Shown one piece after another: positions 1 to 13,024 of a DNA stretch of 64,000 nt. Origin of the DNA: Octopus vulgaris (lineage: Eukaryota); assembly GCA_951406725.2 (NCBI GenBank), contig OX597820.1:73656001-73720000 (forward strand). The letters are read 5' to 3'. The notes beneath the pieces were generated by a model. That model did no database searches and was not told the DNA's origin. It saw only the letters and a list, made by a program, of their open reading frames with translations. Every line of letters starts with the position of its first letter. Position 1 is the first letter of the stretch. Position numbers and translations under genes: made by a program.

Positions 1-1
1 T

Positions 2-792
2 AAGGTAGCGAGCTGGCAGAAACGTTAGCACGCCAGGCGAAATGCTTAGCGGTATTTCGTCTGCTGCTACATTCTGAGTTCAAATTTCGCCAAGGTCGAC
101 TTTGCCTTTCATCCTTTCGGGGTCGATTAAATAAGTACCAGTTATGCACTGGGGTCGATATAATCAACTTAATCCATTTGTCTGTCCTTGTTTGTCCTCT
201 CTGTGTTTAGCCCCTTGTGGGTAGTAAAGAAATAAGTATTTCATCTGTCTTTATGCTCTGAGTTCAAATTCTGCCAAGGTCGACTATGCCTTTCATCCTT
301 TCAGAGTCAATAAATTAAGTACCAGTTATGCACTGGAGTCAATGTAATCGACTTAATCCCTTTGTCTGTCCTTGTTTCCTTGTAAGCAATAAAGAAATAA
401 GAAACGTTAGCACGCCAGGCAAAATGCTTAGCAGTATTTTATCTGTTTATACGCTCTGAGTTCAAATTCTGCTGAGGTTGCCTTTGCCTTTCATCTTTTC
501 AGGGTTGATAAATTAAGTACCAGTTGCGTACAGGGTCGATCTAATCGACTGGTCCCCTCCCCCAAAATTTCAGCCTTGTACCTAAAGTAAAAAAGAATTG
601 TTAGCACGCCAGACAAAATGCTTAGCAGCATTTTGTCTATTTGCACATTCTGAGTCCAAATTCCACCAAGGTCGACTGCCTTTCATCCTTATGGGGCTGA
701 TAAGTTAAGTACCAGTGAAACACTGGGGTTGATATAATTGACTGGCCCCTCCCCACAAATTTCAGACCTTGTGCCTTTAGTACAAAGGATTA
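2..792 (+). mobile_element. Head-to-tail cluster of tRNA-derived SINE copies (family A)
   Basis: Head aaggtagcgagctggcagaa, B-box-like gagttcaaatt, and recurring core ttgcctttcatcctttcggggtcgattaaataagtaccag, four times in series. The same family recurs throughout the window. Confidence 0.9.
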
Positions 793-897
793 TTATTATT
801 ATTTCTTTTTATCACAGATATTGTTGGAACTCCTGGAGTTTTGCATGTGTAACAGGCTTGCTGCCTGTAGCCTATAGTACCATGCTATCCATTCTTT

Positions 898-1200
898 TCA
901 GCTACCTAATATTTTCCTGATTATTCTGGCCATGCCAAGGAGGCAAACCATTTGTAACAGTTCTACTGAGCATTCTATTCCAATTTTCTTTACATTCCTC
1001 TTGATGCCTTCTGATACTGTTCCCAACGACCCAAAAATAATTACCACTATCTTCCCATTCTTCATTTTCCATAGCCAGGCTATTTCATACTTAAGAGTGT
1101 TGTATGTATCTACCTTTTCCCCTTCCCTCTTGACTATTTGTGAGTCAAAGGAGCATGCAACATCAATTATTATCATTACCTCTACCTTAGCAAAGGTAGA
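898..1200 (-). mobile_element. Non-LTR retrotransposon C-terminal restriction-like endonuclease (RLE) fragment, R4/Dong/NeSL-like
   Basis: ORF 898..1275(-) contains IIIDVACSFDSQIVKREGEKVDTYNTLKYEIAWLWK...IIFGSLGTV, matching the IIDV.....D.....E.EK...Y..L..EI..LW...I.IGALG pattern of RLE LINEs. Confidence 0.8.
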
Positions 1201-2199
1201 GGTATTGTTTTCAGTCCATTGCTGGTTGGATTCGGATGAAACTTTCAGGGATGTTTGGCCTCGTGAGTGGCACAAATTGATTAGATTTTGGGATCGATCT
1301 GCTACTGGACAAGGATTCTGGATTATTTGTTATATTTACTTTACATGATTACAATCTTAAGTTAACTTTCAAGTCTTTCTCAATCATCTCCCTTTAGGCT
1401 GTTTCCAAAGTTTAATTTTCGTTTTTCTTTTATTAGTTTTACTTGCATCTCTATCTTAATAGAAACTAACGGATAAAGAAATCAAACTCATAAACAAACG
1501 ACAGCAAAGTCATTCAGAAATTAAATAACATTAAAATTTTTTTATAACATATATATTATATATTATACATACATATTGATACTTTACAATATACTTACAT
1601 ATATACATACATCTATACATTGATCTAAAACATCAGGAATACTTAAGGAAGGCCAGAATTTAAGAGAAGAGAAAACCAAAAGGTCTCATGCTATTCATTT
1701 AAAAATTCCTGAGTAGAACCTCTCTCTTTGAAACTAATTTGAATGGTGAATAAATAAGGATAAAATATTTATTGCGGTTACTAAATTTTCTACAGCCACC
1801 TTCACATTCCATGACTACTATTGGGATCAATCAGGTACCAGACAAGGATTCTGGATTATTTTTCCAGGTTTTTACTTCATTTTTGAGAGCAGTCGGGTTT
1901 ATTTTTAGTATCCTCGTTTGCGAGAGCAGTCAAATTTATTTCAGATATTCTCATTTTAAAAATCATCTCAGGATAATCGCTGAGAGGACGTTGGTGTTGC
2001 TTTGGCAGAGAGTGGTCTTGTTATTATTATTATTATTCAACATTTGGTAGTTTCAGGCAAATTTCTATGGCATCACCTTCTACACCTCTAAGTTGCTGGG
2101 GTGTGTGCAGCATTGTATGTTCTTTTTTGTTGTTGGGAGCATGCAAATTCTTCCCAGTATTGTATCATCATCATTTTTTTAGAGCATGCTAATTTTGTT

Positions 2200-2500
2200 A
2201 GTAGGTATTCATCTTGAGGTTATGTGATAACAAATCTCCTCAAATCTCAATAATCTTTCTTAGGATTATTGCAGAGTATAAGATGGTACTTTTCTACAGG
2301 TTGCTAATACAATGTCTTGTGCCAAGAGCACCAATTGCAACAGGAATAATTGTGGTCTCGGTCTTCCATAGTCTATTCAGCTCTCTGGCTAGATCTTGGT
2401 TTTTCTCAATTTTTTCAATTTTTTTGGCCTTGACTTTAAGATCTTACACTGTTTGTTTATTTTATTCTCTATAATCATGTCTGGTCTTCTTGCCTCAATA
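2200..2500 (-). mobile_element. Second degenerate RLE-LINE fragment
   Basis: Minus strand reads IEARRPD and DLARELNRLWKTETTIIPVAIGALG across frameshifts; adjoins an (ATT)n tract. Confidence 0.7.
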
Positions 2501-2514
2501 GCATATCATTATCA

Positions 2515-2552
<38 letters not shown>

Positions 2553-3384
2553 ATTATTATTATTATTATCAATTTAAAGACATAATGGTTGCAGAAATGA
2601 AATAAAAATAATTATATATTTGAGGAAGGAATTATAAATAAAATGGTATTAAATATATAATGAGAAGACTAAAGAAATTGTTTAAGACAATGGAAAAAAA
2701 TTAAGTACTTTTCTTATTGATTTAAATTACAGCGACTTTTTTTTCCCCAAAAAACATAAATATTCATTGCTTTGAGGGAAAATGTTAATAAACAATAAAG
2801 CAATACTTCCTTTGTACTCCATTATCATAAATTTTTATAAGAAATTTATTTTCAATAAATATTCTTGATAAATCATCCATAAAACACATTTTTTTTTTAT
2901 ATAACTGTTTTGAGTTAATCTCTTTACAAAGCAGCAATTTTTTCTTAAATCTTCCTTAACGAGAGAATGGAAATTTTAAAAATTATCATTGAAGTAGAAG
3001 ACTTTTCTTAGAAATAAACCTTCTTGAAGCAACAAATATCTACTTTCTACATTCAAACAAGTGGTGAGCCCTGGTGGCCAGTTATTTGTAAGGGAGATAA
3101 TCATTTCTCCCTTACAATTTTAAGTAAAAGAACAAAGAAGAAAATGCACAGAATACATGTATTTATCTTTTCTCTTTTACTTGTATCACTCATTGGACAG
3201 TGGCCATGCTGGGGCATTTCTTTCAAGGGTTTAGTTAAACAAATCAAACCGAGTATTTAGTGCTAAACCTTATACTGACTTTATCGGTTTCTTATTGCCA
3301 AACCACTAAGTTATGGGGATGTAAACAAACCAACATTGGCTGTCAAGCAGTGGTGGGGCACAAACACATATGTATCTCTCTCCC

Positions 3385-3671
<287 letters not shown>

Positions 3672-3674
<3 letters not shown>

Positions 3675-4530
3675 GGTGCAGTGGGTAAATTGTTGCCATT
3701 TTATATTTTTAATTTTGTGCATGAGCATTGCTTGTTTTTGATTTTGTTGACTACACAGTATAGTAGGGTCAGTTGGGCACTGTCTATAAGAAAAACAGCA
3801 CCACGACACAGTTCATTCTGCAAGAAAATTGGAAACAGCATGCTGCATTGCTTGACATTTATGCTGGAAGCTCAATATGAACATTTCAGAGTGTTTGAGT
3901 GTCAATATGAGGACAGTGCAGAGGATTCAGGAAGACCTGGATGAGTCTAATGGTAATTACGAAGGTGTTTGGAGTGATCACTAGTGATGGCGACATTATG
4001 TCTCCATTCATCTTCCTACACAGCCTCACACTCAACACAGAGGCCTACATCAAGTGCCTGGAGGAGATAGTGCTGGCCTGGGTCAAGAGGGTGGCTACTG
4101 GAAGAATCTGTGTCTGGCAACAGGACTCTACACCATGCCACACAAGCAGGAAAACCCATTCATGGCTGTCAGACAATTTCTGCAACCACATCACCCCTAA
4201 CATCTGGCCACCTAACTCCTCAGATCGCAACCCCATTGCTTATTATGTGTGGGGTGCAGTTGAATGAGAGACCAACAAAACTCCTTGCAACACCAAAGAT
4301 GAACTGAAGGCAAGGATTATGGCAGCATTCTCCATCTTAAACAAGGAGACTGTCCAGAAGAGTTGTAGGAGATTCCAAAGTCGTCTGGAGGCCGTGATTG
4401 AAACCAATAGTGATTTTATTGAATAAATTTACTCTTTAGTATTTCAAGGTATTTTTCTTTAATTTTGGTAAATATATCTGTTAAAATGAGATGTCGATGT
4501 TATTTTCATTTTTGCAAAATTCAGACAAAA
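3672..4530 (+). mobile_element. Internally deleted Tc1/mariner-superfamily transposon, DD37D (maT) type, with transposase pseudogene
   Basis: Starts TA|CAGGGTG. ORF 3941..4267 has VWQQDSTPCH...WPPNSSDRNPIAYYVW with 37 residues between QQD and the mutated final D position. The frame continues past a TGA to RLEAVIETNSDFIE. Confidence 0.85.
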
Positions 4531-6465
4531 ATTGGGACCAATACAGTAATAACGGAATTATTTAGAAATTTCTATCAGTTTGTTTCGAGACGCATAAATC
4601 ATAATGGTTATTGACAATTTGTCTATTTTCGGCATATTTGGCATTAGAATTTTCTTTTGCCCTTATTTTATAAGTTATATATATATATATACACACATAC
4701 ATACATACATACATACACACAAACAGGGTTCTTCTACTTTCCATCTACCAAATCCACTGACAAGACTTTAGTTAGCCCTGGTTTATAGTATAAGACACTT
4801 GCTCAAGTTGCCATACAGTGGAATTGAACCTGGAACCATATGATTGGTAAAGAAACTTCTAAACACACAGCTACAACTGGTTTTTTTAGAATGCAGTACA
4901 GCTTGAAATTTGGGGTTTCTGAAAAGAATTTCAAAAACACAGGATGTTATGATGAAAACTAAATAAATAAATAAAAAGGGGGAAAATGCTAGAGCTACAA
5001 GGAAGATATGGAGAGGAGGTGAATAAATAATGATATATTATCATCAAAGACAGTTCCTAATTATATTATGTTTTGTGTCCTGCAGTATGTTTCATGGATG
5101 ATAACAGTTATCTCAACACTTCATCAGTGTTCAATAGATTGAACCTATGTAATTTTGGATAATATAACAAGATTAGTAAAATGGCTATCAGATCACACTG
5201 CTGACAGGTTAACTTTGAAAATATGTCGATTCAGAATTGAATTGAGTTATGCTGCATCGTTGGTGATCATTTGTATTACAGGCATAAACACATAAAGAAA
5301 ATACAAACAGAAACCAGAATAACTACTAAATAGAATACAATTTGTTGTAATTGAGTTATCACAATCCCAACAAGAACACATTGATTATAAAATTGTTGTG
5401 TCTATAAAAGAACAAGGGGCTGGCTGTTTTCTCTTACATGTCATTTGACAGACAGAATACATTTTGTTGATTTGTAAAAGGTGGATGTTAAACTAATTAA
5501 CCAAACACCATCTGAAGACGAGATACACGACACACCAGCTTCTTGTTATTAAAAGATCAAAATCTCAGCACTTTCTGATATAAATGAAATATTTGGTATA
5601 TGACAAAATGGTCAAGAAAACAATGATTATAGCCATGCAGTGGCTTTATTTAATTAACAGCCTGTAAATTACAATAATTAATTTGTTTGGTATTCAACAT
5701 GATTAACATGTCCTCTGTGTCTACATGTGGATGCTGTCATTGTCTTGAATCTAATTCCTTTATTAGGACATAAAGCAAATAGAATTCCATTCATTGATTC
5801 AGAACTGGCTTTTATCAAAAGCTGTCTAAGATTGTATGTCATTCATTTGTCAATAAGGATTATAGCTGATACTTAAAGGGATGAAACTTACTGTCAGATT
5901 TGACATTTTTATCATTAAATTTTCTTAAGACACAAAGCTTCAAATATATACACATTTAATCATGCTTTTAGTATAAGCTATGTAATTGTATAAAATACAA
6001 ATTTAATAGGATGTGGGGTATAGGTATGGCTGTGTGGTGGTTAAGAAGTTTGCTTCCCAGCCACAATGGTTTGGGGATCAGCCTCACTGTGTGGCATCTT
6101 CGGCAAGTGTTTTCTATTATAACTTCAGGCCAACTGGATCACCATCATCATCACTATCACCATCATCGTCATCATCACCATAATCATCATAATCATCGTC
6201 ATCATCATCATCTTTGTAATATAAGTGTGTATTTTTGTGTTTGTGCTTGTCCCACTCCCTGCTGCTTAACAACTAGTGATAGGTTGTTTATGAACTTAGC
6301 AGTTCAGCAAAAGAGACAACTAGAATAAGTACCAGACTGAGAAATAAGTACTGGGATCAATTTGTTCAACTAAACCCTTCAGTTTAGTGCACCAGCATGG
6401 CAGCGGTCCAATGACTGAAATCAGCAAAAGATAAAGGATGTATGTGTGTGTATATACATATACGT

Positions 6466-6643
6466 AGGCGCAGGTGTTGCTGTGTGGTAAGAAGCTTACT
6501 TCCCAACCACATGGTTCTGGGTTCAGTTCTATTGTGTGGCACCTTGGGCAAGTGTCTTCTACTATAGCCTTGGGCCAACCAAAGCCTTGTGAGTGGATTT
6601 GGTAGATGGAAACTGAAAGAAACGCACCATGTATATATGTACG

Positions 6644-6719
<76 letters not shown>

Positions 6720-6945
6720 TATGTATATATTTGTGTCTGTCCCTCCCCCACACACACACATCATCGCTTAACAACCGATGTTGGCATGTTTACATCCCCA
6801 TAACTTAGCGGTTCAGCAAAAGAGACCGATAGAATAAGTACTAGGCTTACAAAGAATAAGTCCTGGGGTCAGTTTGTTCAACTAAAGGCAGTGCTCCAGC
6901 ATGGCTGCAGTCAAATGACTGAAGCAATTAACAGAAATAAAAGAA
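6466..6945 (+). mobile_element. tRNA-derived SINE family B with internal (TA)n
   Basis: Head ggcgcaggtgttgctgtgtggtaag...gggttcagttc, core ccttgggcaagtgtcttct, internal microsatellite, 3' part ending gactgaagcaa. Similar to 23365 and 54367. Confidence 0.9.
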
Positions 6946-7029
6946 TATATATAAATTAATATATTCAAGGTCATATGCACTTTTATCTAATTGTAAAAAA
7001 AAAGTATGGAATTCTACCCTGTGAAGGTA

Positions 7030-7330
7030 CACTGTTTAGCAATTAAGGTATTCAGCTTATGATCACAAGGTCATGAGTTTCATTCTCAACAGCACACTGC
7101 GTTCTTGAGCAAGACACTTTATTTCATATTGCTCCAGTCCACTCAGCTGGCAAAAATGAGTTGTACATGTATTTCATAGGGTCGGCCTTGTATTCTGTGT
7201 CATGCTGTATCTCCCTGAGAACTACTTTAAGGGTACACATGTCTGTGGAATACTCAGCCACTTGCATGTTAATTACATGAGCAAGCCAGATCAACTGGAG
7301 CTCTCTTTGTTGTAACTAACAGAGCGCCCG
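7030..7330 (+). mobile_element. tRNA-derived SINE family C, degraded
   Basis: Shares cttgagcaagacactt and tctgtggaatactcagccacttgcatgttaatt blocks with 18460-18772 and 60005-60230. Confidence 0.7.
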
Positions 7331-7408
7331 CGCACTACAGTAACTAATATCAGGGAATTATTGTGTATCCTTACAATTCTTTATATAACTTTCTGCTTTC
7401 CCTTTTAG

Positions 7409-7523
7409 AATGGAGAAGGATCAATGCCGAGACCTTTATTTTAAGGCACCACCAAACAAAAATTCAAAGACTAGTTCATTTGAAAATGAACACTCACTGA
7501 ACAAAAGATTTCTGTTTTTATGA
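7409..7523 (+). other. Candidate terminal exon (MEKDQCRDLYFKAPPNKNSKTSSFENEHSLNKRFLFL*)
   Basis: Polypyrimidine acceptor ttctgctttcccttttag at 7408, open frame to TGA 7521-7523, AATAAA at 7643. No recognisable homology. Confidence 0.25.
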
Positions 7524-8398
7524 AAAATCTGTATGTTGCTTGGTCTGACATCAGAAAGAAAAGGCAACAGTAGACTTGTTTTGACAAAGAATGTCAATTT
7601 TGCTAAGATATTTCAAAGACAACTGTGTTTATAAAGCGAATCAATAAATATTTTCATACATTTCTTTCTTTCTTATTTGTTTTTTTTTCTCAATTGTATT
7701 ATTATTATTATTATTATTATCATTATTATTATTATTATCATTATTATTATTATCATCATTATTATTATTATTATTTTCATTATTATTTATCTTTTTACGT
7801 CTACATCAAATATTTCCATTATTTCCCAAATCAGTCAACCGAACAATAGATTTGAGAATCTGGTGAGACTAGAAAAAAACCTTTTTGGAAGAGTGAAAAC
7901 AACATTAGTACAATTTACTGAAAATTTCTGACAGGGGTCAAAATGGCAATCCTTGTGCCATGGTTCCCTTCACAGTGATTCAAACTCGTTTTTCCCATTC
8001 ATATTACAAATCTAAATCAATAGAATTACTAGCTTCTAGCAGATAACCCCTTCCTCCAAGGGATAAGTTACTTACTAATAAGCATTTGTGTAATCATGAG
8101 TGAATTTGGCAGACAGAAGCAGTTGCTTTCCAACTACATGGTTCCGGGTTCAGTCCCACAGTTTGGTACTGTGGGCAAGTGTATTCTGTTATAGCTTCAG
8201 GCCAATCAAAGGCTTGCGAGTGGATTTGGTCAACAAAAACTGAAAGAAGCCATTCATACACACACACACACATAATTTATTATTAAAGCTGCAAAATCAT
8301 CATAAAAATATCACAATAATAAAGCATATTATTCTATCTCCTGTACTCGAGTACTATTTTTTCCCACTTTGTTTCACATTTAGGTGCTTACTTTGGTG

Positions 8399-8446
<48 letters not shown>

Positions 8447-8455
8447 GATAAATCA

Positions 8456-8496
<41 letters not shown>

Positions 8497-9243
8497 CAAG
8501 TAGATATAGATATATATATAACTACATCAGCATCGTTTTATGTCCATTTTGCTGGCATGGGTTGAACAGTTTGACTGACGCCTGATAAGCCAGCAGCTGC
8601 ACCAGGCTCTAGTCTGATCTGGCAATGTGTCTACAGCTGGATGTCCTTCCTAATGCCAACAGCTCCAAGAGTGTAGTGGGTGCTTTTTACATGCCACCGG
8701 CATGTATATATATATATATATATAGAAAATATAGACGTATATAGAAGTATAGACATCTATGCTTCTGCCTTTCAGTTGTAAATTGCAAATAAGCCACCTT
8801 TATTGTTTATAATTTTCATTTTCATCATCTATAATATAGCAACAATTTACCCATCACACCATGTATGTATGTGTGTGTATACATACACACATATATATGT
8901 TTCTATACATATATATTTATTTGGTTGTAAACATGTGTGTGTGTGTGTGTGTGTCCTTGTCATGACATTGTGTGATAATTATAAATATGTGTCACTGTCA
9001 TATAAGCAGTGTCATTCATTTCCAATATTCTGCAAGAATATGTCTGGCCCTGAGAAAATATTACCTTACTTGGAAGCAGGTGAGAGTTGGCAACAGGAAG
9101 GGCATCCAGTTTTAAGTGATCTGCTTCAAATAAACTCTCTCCGACCAATGCAAGCTTGGAAAAGTGGACATTAAAAGATGATGATGATGGTGTGTGTGTG
9201 TATGTATTTGTGTGTCTCACTCTCCATTTTTTGCCTCTCATTC

Positions 9244-9279
9244 CTTTCTGATGAAGAGTGTAGACTTGGAATGTCGAAG
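9244..9279 (+). ncRNA. Degenerate Penelope-type minimal hammerhead ribozyme motif
   Basis: cttt-CTGATGA-a-gagt(gtag)actt-GGAATGTC-gaag: CUGAUGA box, stem II, mutated GAAACGUC and short helix I (cttt/gaag). Confidence 0.5.
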
Positions 9280-10640
9280 ACTCTTCCATTTACCCCGAAT
9301 GTCAAACCAATACACCTGTTGGTCGTTACCTCACCTGTCTGTCTTTTGCTTTCTATACATTTGAACACACACACACACCCATATATATGCACACATACAC
9401 ACACACATAAACATACATTTATACATACATACAAACACACACTCACATACACACAATGATATTTACTCTTGCATAATGCAAAAGATTTAATGAAAAACAC
9501 CAGGTGAAAATTAGTAGGTTCCATTAAACTAAGTGTAAAAGAGAGATAAGCAGGTAAAAAAATTTTACACATAAAAAGTGGTAGTTGCACTATTTTTGAG
9601 AATGTATTGTATTCGAGTAGATATGAGAAATTTGTGTGTGTGCGTGCGTGCATGCGTGTGTGTGTGTGTGAGTGTGGGTGTGCATATGTCATCATCATCA
9701 TCATCATATCCAGTTTTCATTGTTCAATATGTTACAAATTCCAGCTGCATGGAAATAAAGCAGATGAATAAATGAGTTGAATAATTCGACAAGCAGAACA
9801 ATATGTGGAGTAAAAGAGATAGAACTAATAATAATAATAATAATAATAAAAAGAATTAATGGGAAAAATGGGAAAAAAAAAATTGTTAATTAGATATGTG
9901 AAAAACTTAAAAAATAAACTATGAAATGAGTGAAGTAACATCAGGAGACCACCAATCCAGTATCTTTCTCATTGACAAAGGAAATTCCAGAGAACAAGCA
10001 ATGCTGAAGTGAAGAAATTCACACATGGAATGTAACTGTAGATAGCCCAAACATTTGTAGCGGAAAAACCTGGAAATTTGGGAGAGGGAGGAACTTATCT
10101 GGTGGGGAAGGGGTAAGCTGTCTTGTTAGTCATACATTTGTATAGTTTTTAGCATAACAATGTTAACCTGATATCTAAAGGTTTCCACATCATTGGTGAG
10201 GGAAGAAAATGCAGATAGATTTCTGCTTAACCTGTTCCAAATATTTTATTTCTGTGTTGCCATTGTTAATTGAGTTTCATGCTTTACCGATGCTACTCCA
10301 TCAAATGTCATAATACACCTTTTGTAACAACAATTCAGAGAGACCCTCTATACGGTCTGTAGAAATAGCAGTGAAATTACCCTCAAAACGTACTTTGTCA
10401 TTTTTGTAAATAGAATTGTAAGCTTTCACCATATATTGCCTATAGAAAATAGTCTAATATTAGGACATATATCAAAGCGGCAAGCTGACAGAATTGTTAG
10501 CATACCGGGCGAAGCAGTTAGTGGCATTTTGCCCATCTTTATGAGTCCACTTTAATGACTGAAGCAAGGAAAAAATATAAGCATACAATTCTATCCTCAC
10601 TGTGAATAGTAAAGCACAGGTGTGGCTGTGTGGTAAGAAG

Positions 10641-11053
10641 GTGGTGAGCTGGCAGAAACATTAGCATGCCAAGCGAAATGCTTAGCAGTATTTCATCTGC
10701 CGTTACGTTCTGAGTTCAAATTCCGCCGAGGTCGACTTTGCCTTTCATCCTTTTGGGGGTCGATTAAATAAGTACCAGTTATGCACTGGGGTCAATATAA
10801 TCGACTTAATCCGTTTGTCTGTCCTTGTTTATCCTCTCTGTGTTTAGCCCCTTGTGGGTAGTAAAGAAATAGGTATTTCATCTGTCTTTATGCTCTGAGT
10901 TCAAATTCTATCGAAGTCAACTTTGCCTTTCATCCTTTCAGGGTAAATAAATTAAGCACCAGTTACACACTGGGGTCGATGTAATTGACTTAATCCCTTT
11001 GTCTGTCCTTGTTTGTCCCCTCTGTGTTTAGCCCCTTGTGGGCAATAAAGAAA
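10641..11053 (+). mobile_element. Dimeric SINE-A nested in a SINE-B head
   Basis: SINE-B gctgtgtggtaagaag|cttgcttcc is split by the insert, with duplicated taagaag at 10634-10640 and 11054-11060. Confidence 0.85.
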
Positions 11054-11970
11054 TAAGAAGCTTGCTTCCAAACCACATAGTTCCGGCTTCCAAACCACAT
11101 AGTTCCGGCTTCCATCCCACTACATGGTACCTTGAGCAAGTGTCTTCTACTGTAGCCTCAGGCCAACAAAAGTCTTCTGAGTGGATTTAGTAGACGGAAA
11201 CTGAAAGAAGCTCGTCATATATATATAAATCCACACACAAGGCTTTGGTCAGCCTGAGGCTATAGTAGAAAACACTTGCTCAAGGTGCCATGAAGTAGGA
11301 TTGAACCCAGAACCATGTGGTTCGGAAGCGAGCGTCTTACCACACAGCCACACCTGTGCCTATGATAGGATAAACCCTTTCTTAATTAGCATAAAATTTT
11401 AGGGATATTTGAATATAGAGTATCAATTACAGTTTTCACTGTGGAACTGGTCTGAAAAACAGAATGGCAGTCAAAATATTCATCTTTTACAGAAAGATAC
11501 AGTTTAGTGATGATACCTTGTTTCGACATGCTTTGACATTTCTACTCAAAACAAATGTATTTTGACTGAGCGAAAATGAACTTTTGAAACTAAACAAAGA
11601 AGAAAAAAAACATCGCTAATTGAATGAGGTATGAATAGAGTAGTCTGATAAATTCGTTCGGTTTTCGTTTCTGGTTTTTGTTTTCTCACTGTGATTTTAA
11701 TTCTTTCAAATGGTTATTTAAATTAGTACGAAAAATATTTTTACCGTAGTGTTTTATGAGGGTTTGTTCTTCTACAACTTTTGTTCATCATTTTTTAAAT
11801 TTGCATAAAATCTATCTCTTTTCAGGAAGATGATGATGATGATAATGATGGCAGCAGTGGTAGTGGTAGAGTTACAAATAAGCGGGGAAAAAAAAAAGAG
11901 CGAATTTATCTGACAACCCAATACTTGTAATAGAACGTAGAACATTGAATAAAATTTGGTTAATGTTTAA

Positions 11971-12782
11971 AATGCGCGCAAGTCAACGGTGGGGGGACCT
12001 CGAAAAATTCACAAGATCCGAGTTTTCCCCTCATAACTTTTAGGAAAATGGAGTTTTTTCAATGGAATTTTATAGAAATACCTTTCAAGCAGCATACATT
12101 ACGATTATAAAGAAATTTGTGAGGAAAATTTTTTCCAAAAGGGTGGGAAGAGGACTTCAGAAAATTCCCAAGATCCGAGTTTTTCCCTTGTAACTGTTAG
12201 GAAAATGTGTTGTTTTTTTTCAGATTGAAATTTTGTTTAAATACCTTTCAAACGGCATACATTACGATTATAAAGTAATTTGTGGGGAAAATCTTGAGGT
12301 GGGGAGAGGACTTTCGGAAAATTCCCAAGATCCGAATTTTTCCTCTTTATATTCCGAAATCACATTCAACTTTCTACAGATACCCTAGCGTAGGACTACT
12401 ACACTACGTAGTCTTTTTTTCTAACCACTTTCAATAATTCTTAATGTTTTGGCTTCAATTTTGTTTCATTTTATCTTCAATTATTTTCACGTTTTTTTAA
12501 CCCTTCCGTCGTTATTCTCATTCACTCGTTACTACTTTCTCTCTCTCTATCTATCTATAGATAGAGATAGATACATATATCATATATATATATATATATA
12601 TAATATATATATATATATTATATACATACATATATATACACGTATATATACACATATTGGCCTGCTCGCTTAGCCAGCGGGGTGGCGTCATTCGAAGGCT
12701 AAAAAAAAACAATGCAAACGCATTGTGACCAGCGATGTGTAAAACATCTGATGGTCTGGTCGGTCATGTGATCACGTGATAT

Positions 12783-12815
<33 letters not shown>

Positions 12816-13024
12816 CACACATATGCACACACACTATATATACACACAGACACAATTTTTACAATATTTTTCTCCACAAATTTCTTTATAATCGTAATAT
12901 ATGCGTTTGAAAGGTATTTCTATAAAATTTTCTTTGAAAACCCCCCATTTTCCTAAAAGTTATGAGGGAAAAACTCGGATCTTGTGAATTTTCCGAGGTT
13001 CTCTCCCATTGCTTTGCGCGCACT
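11971..13024. mobile_element. Non-autonomous DNA transposon with ~165-bp imperfect TIRs and subterminal tandem repeats (Kolobok-like ends)
   Basis: 11971-12135 is the reverse complement of ~12864-13024 (e.g. aaaattcacaagatccgagtttt / aaaactcggatcttgtgaatttt). The left unit repeats ~2.5 times. Ends are TTAA|aatgcgcgc...gcgcgcact|TTTA. Confidence 0.7.

Noticed and set aside
5086-5207. Exon candidate with in-frame TGA at 5140 (selenocysteine or readthrough idea), phase-compatible with 7409
   Set aside because: No selenoprotein similarity, no SECIS identified, weak donor; could be chance.
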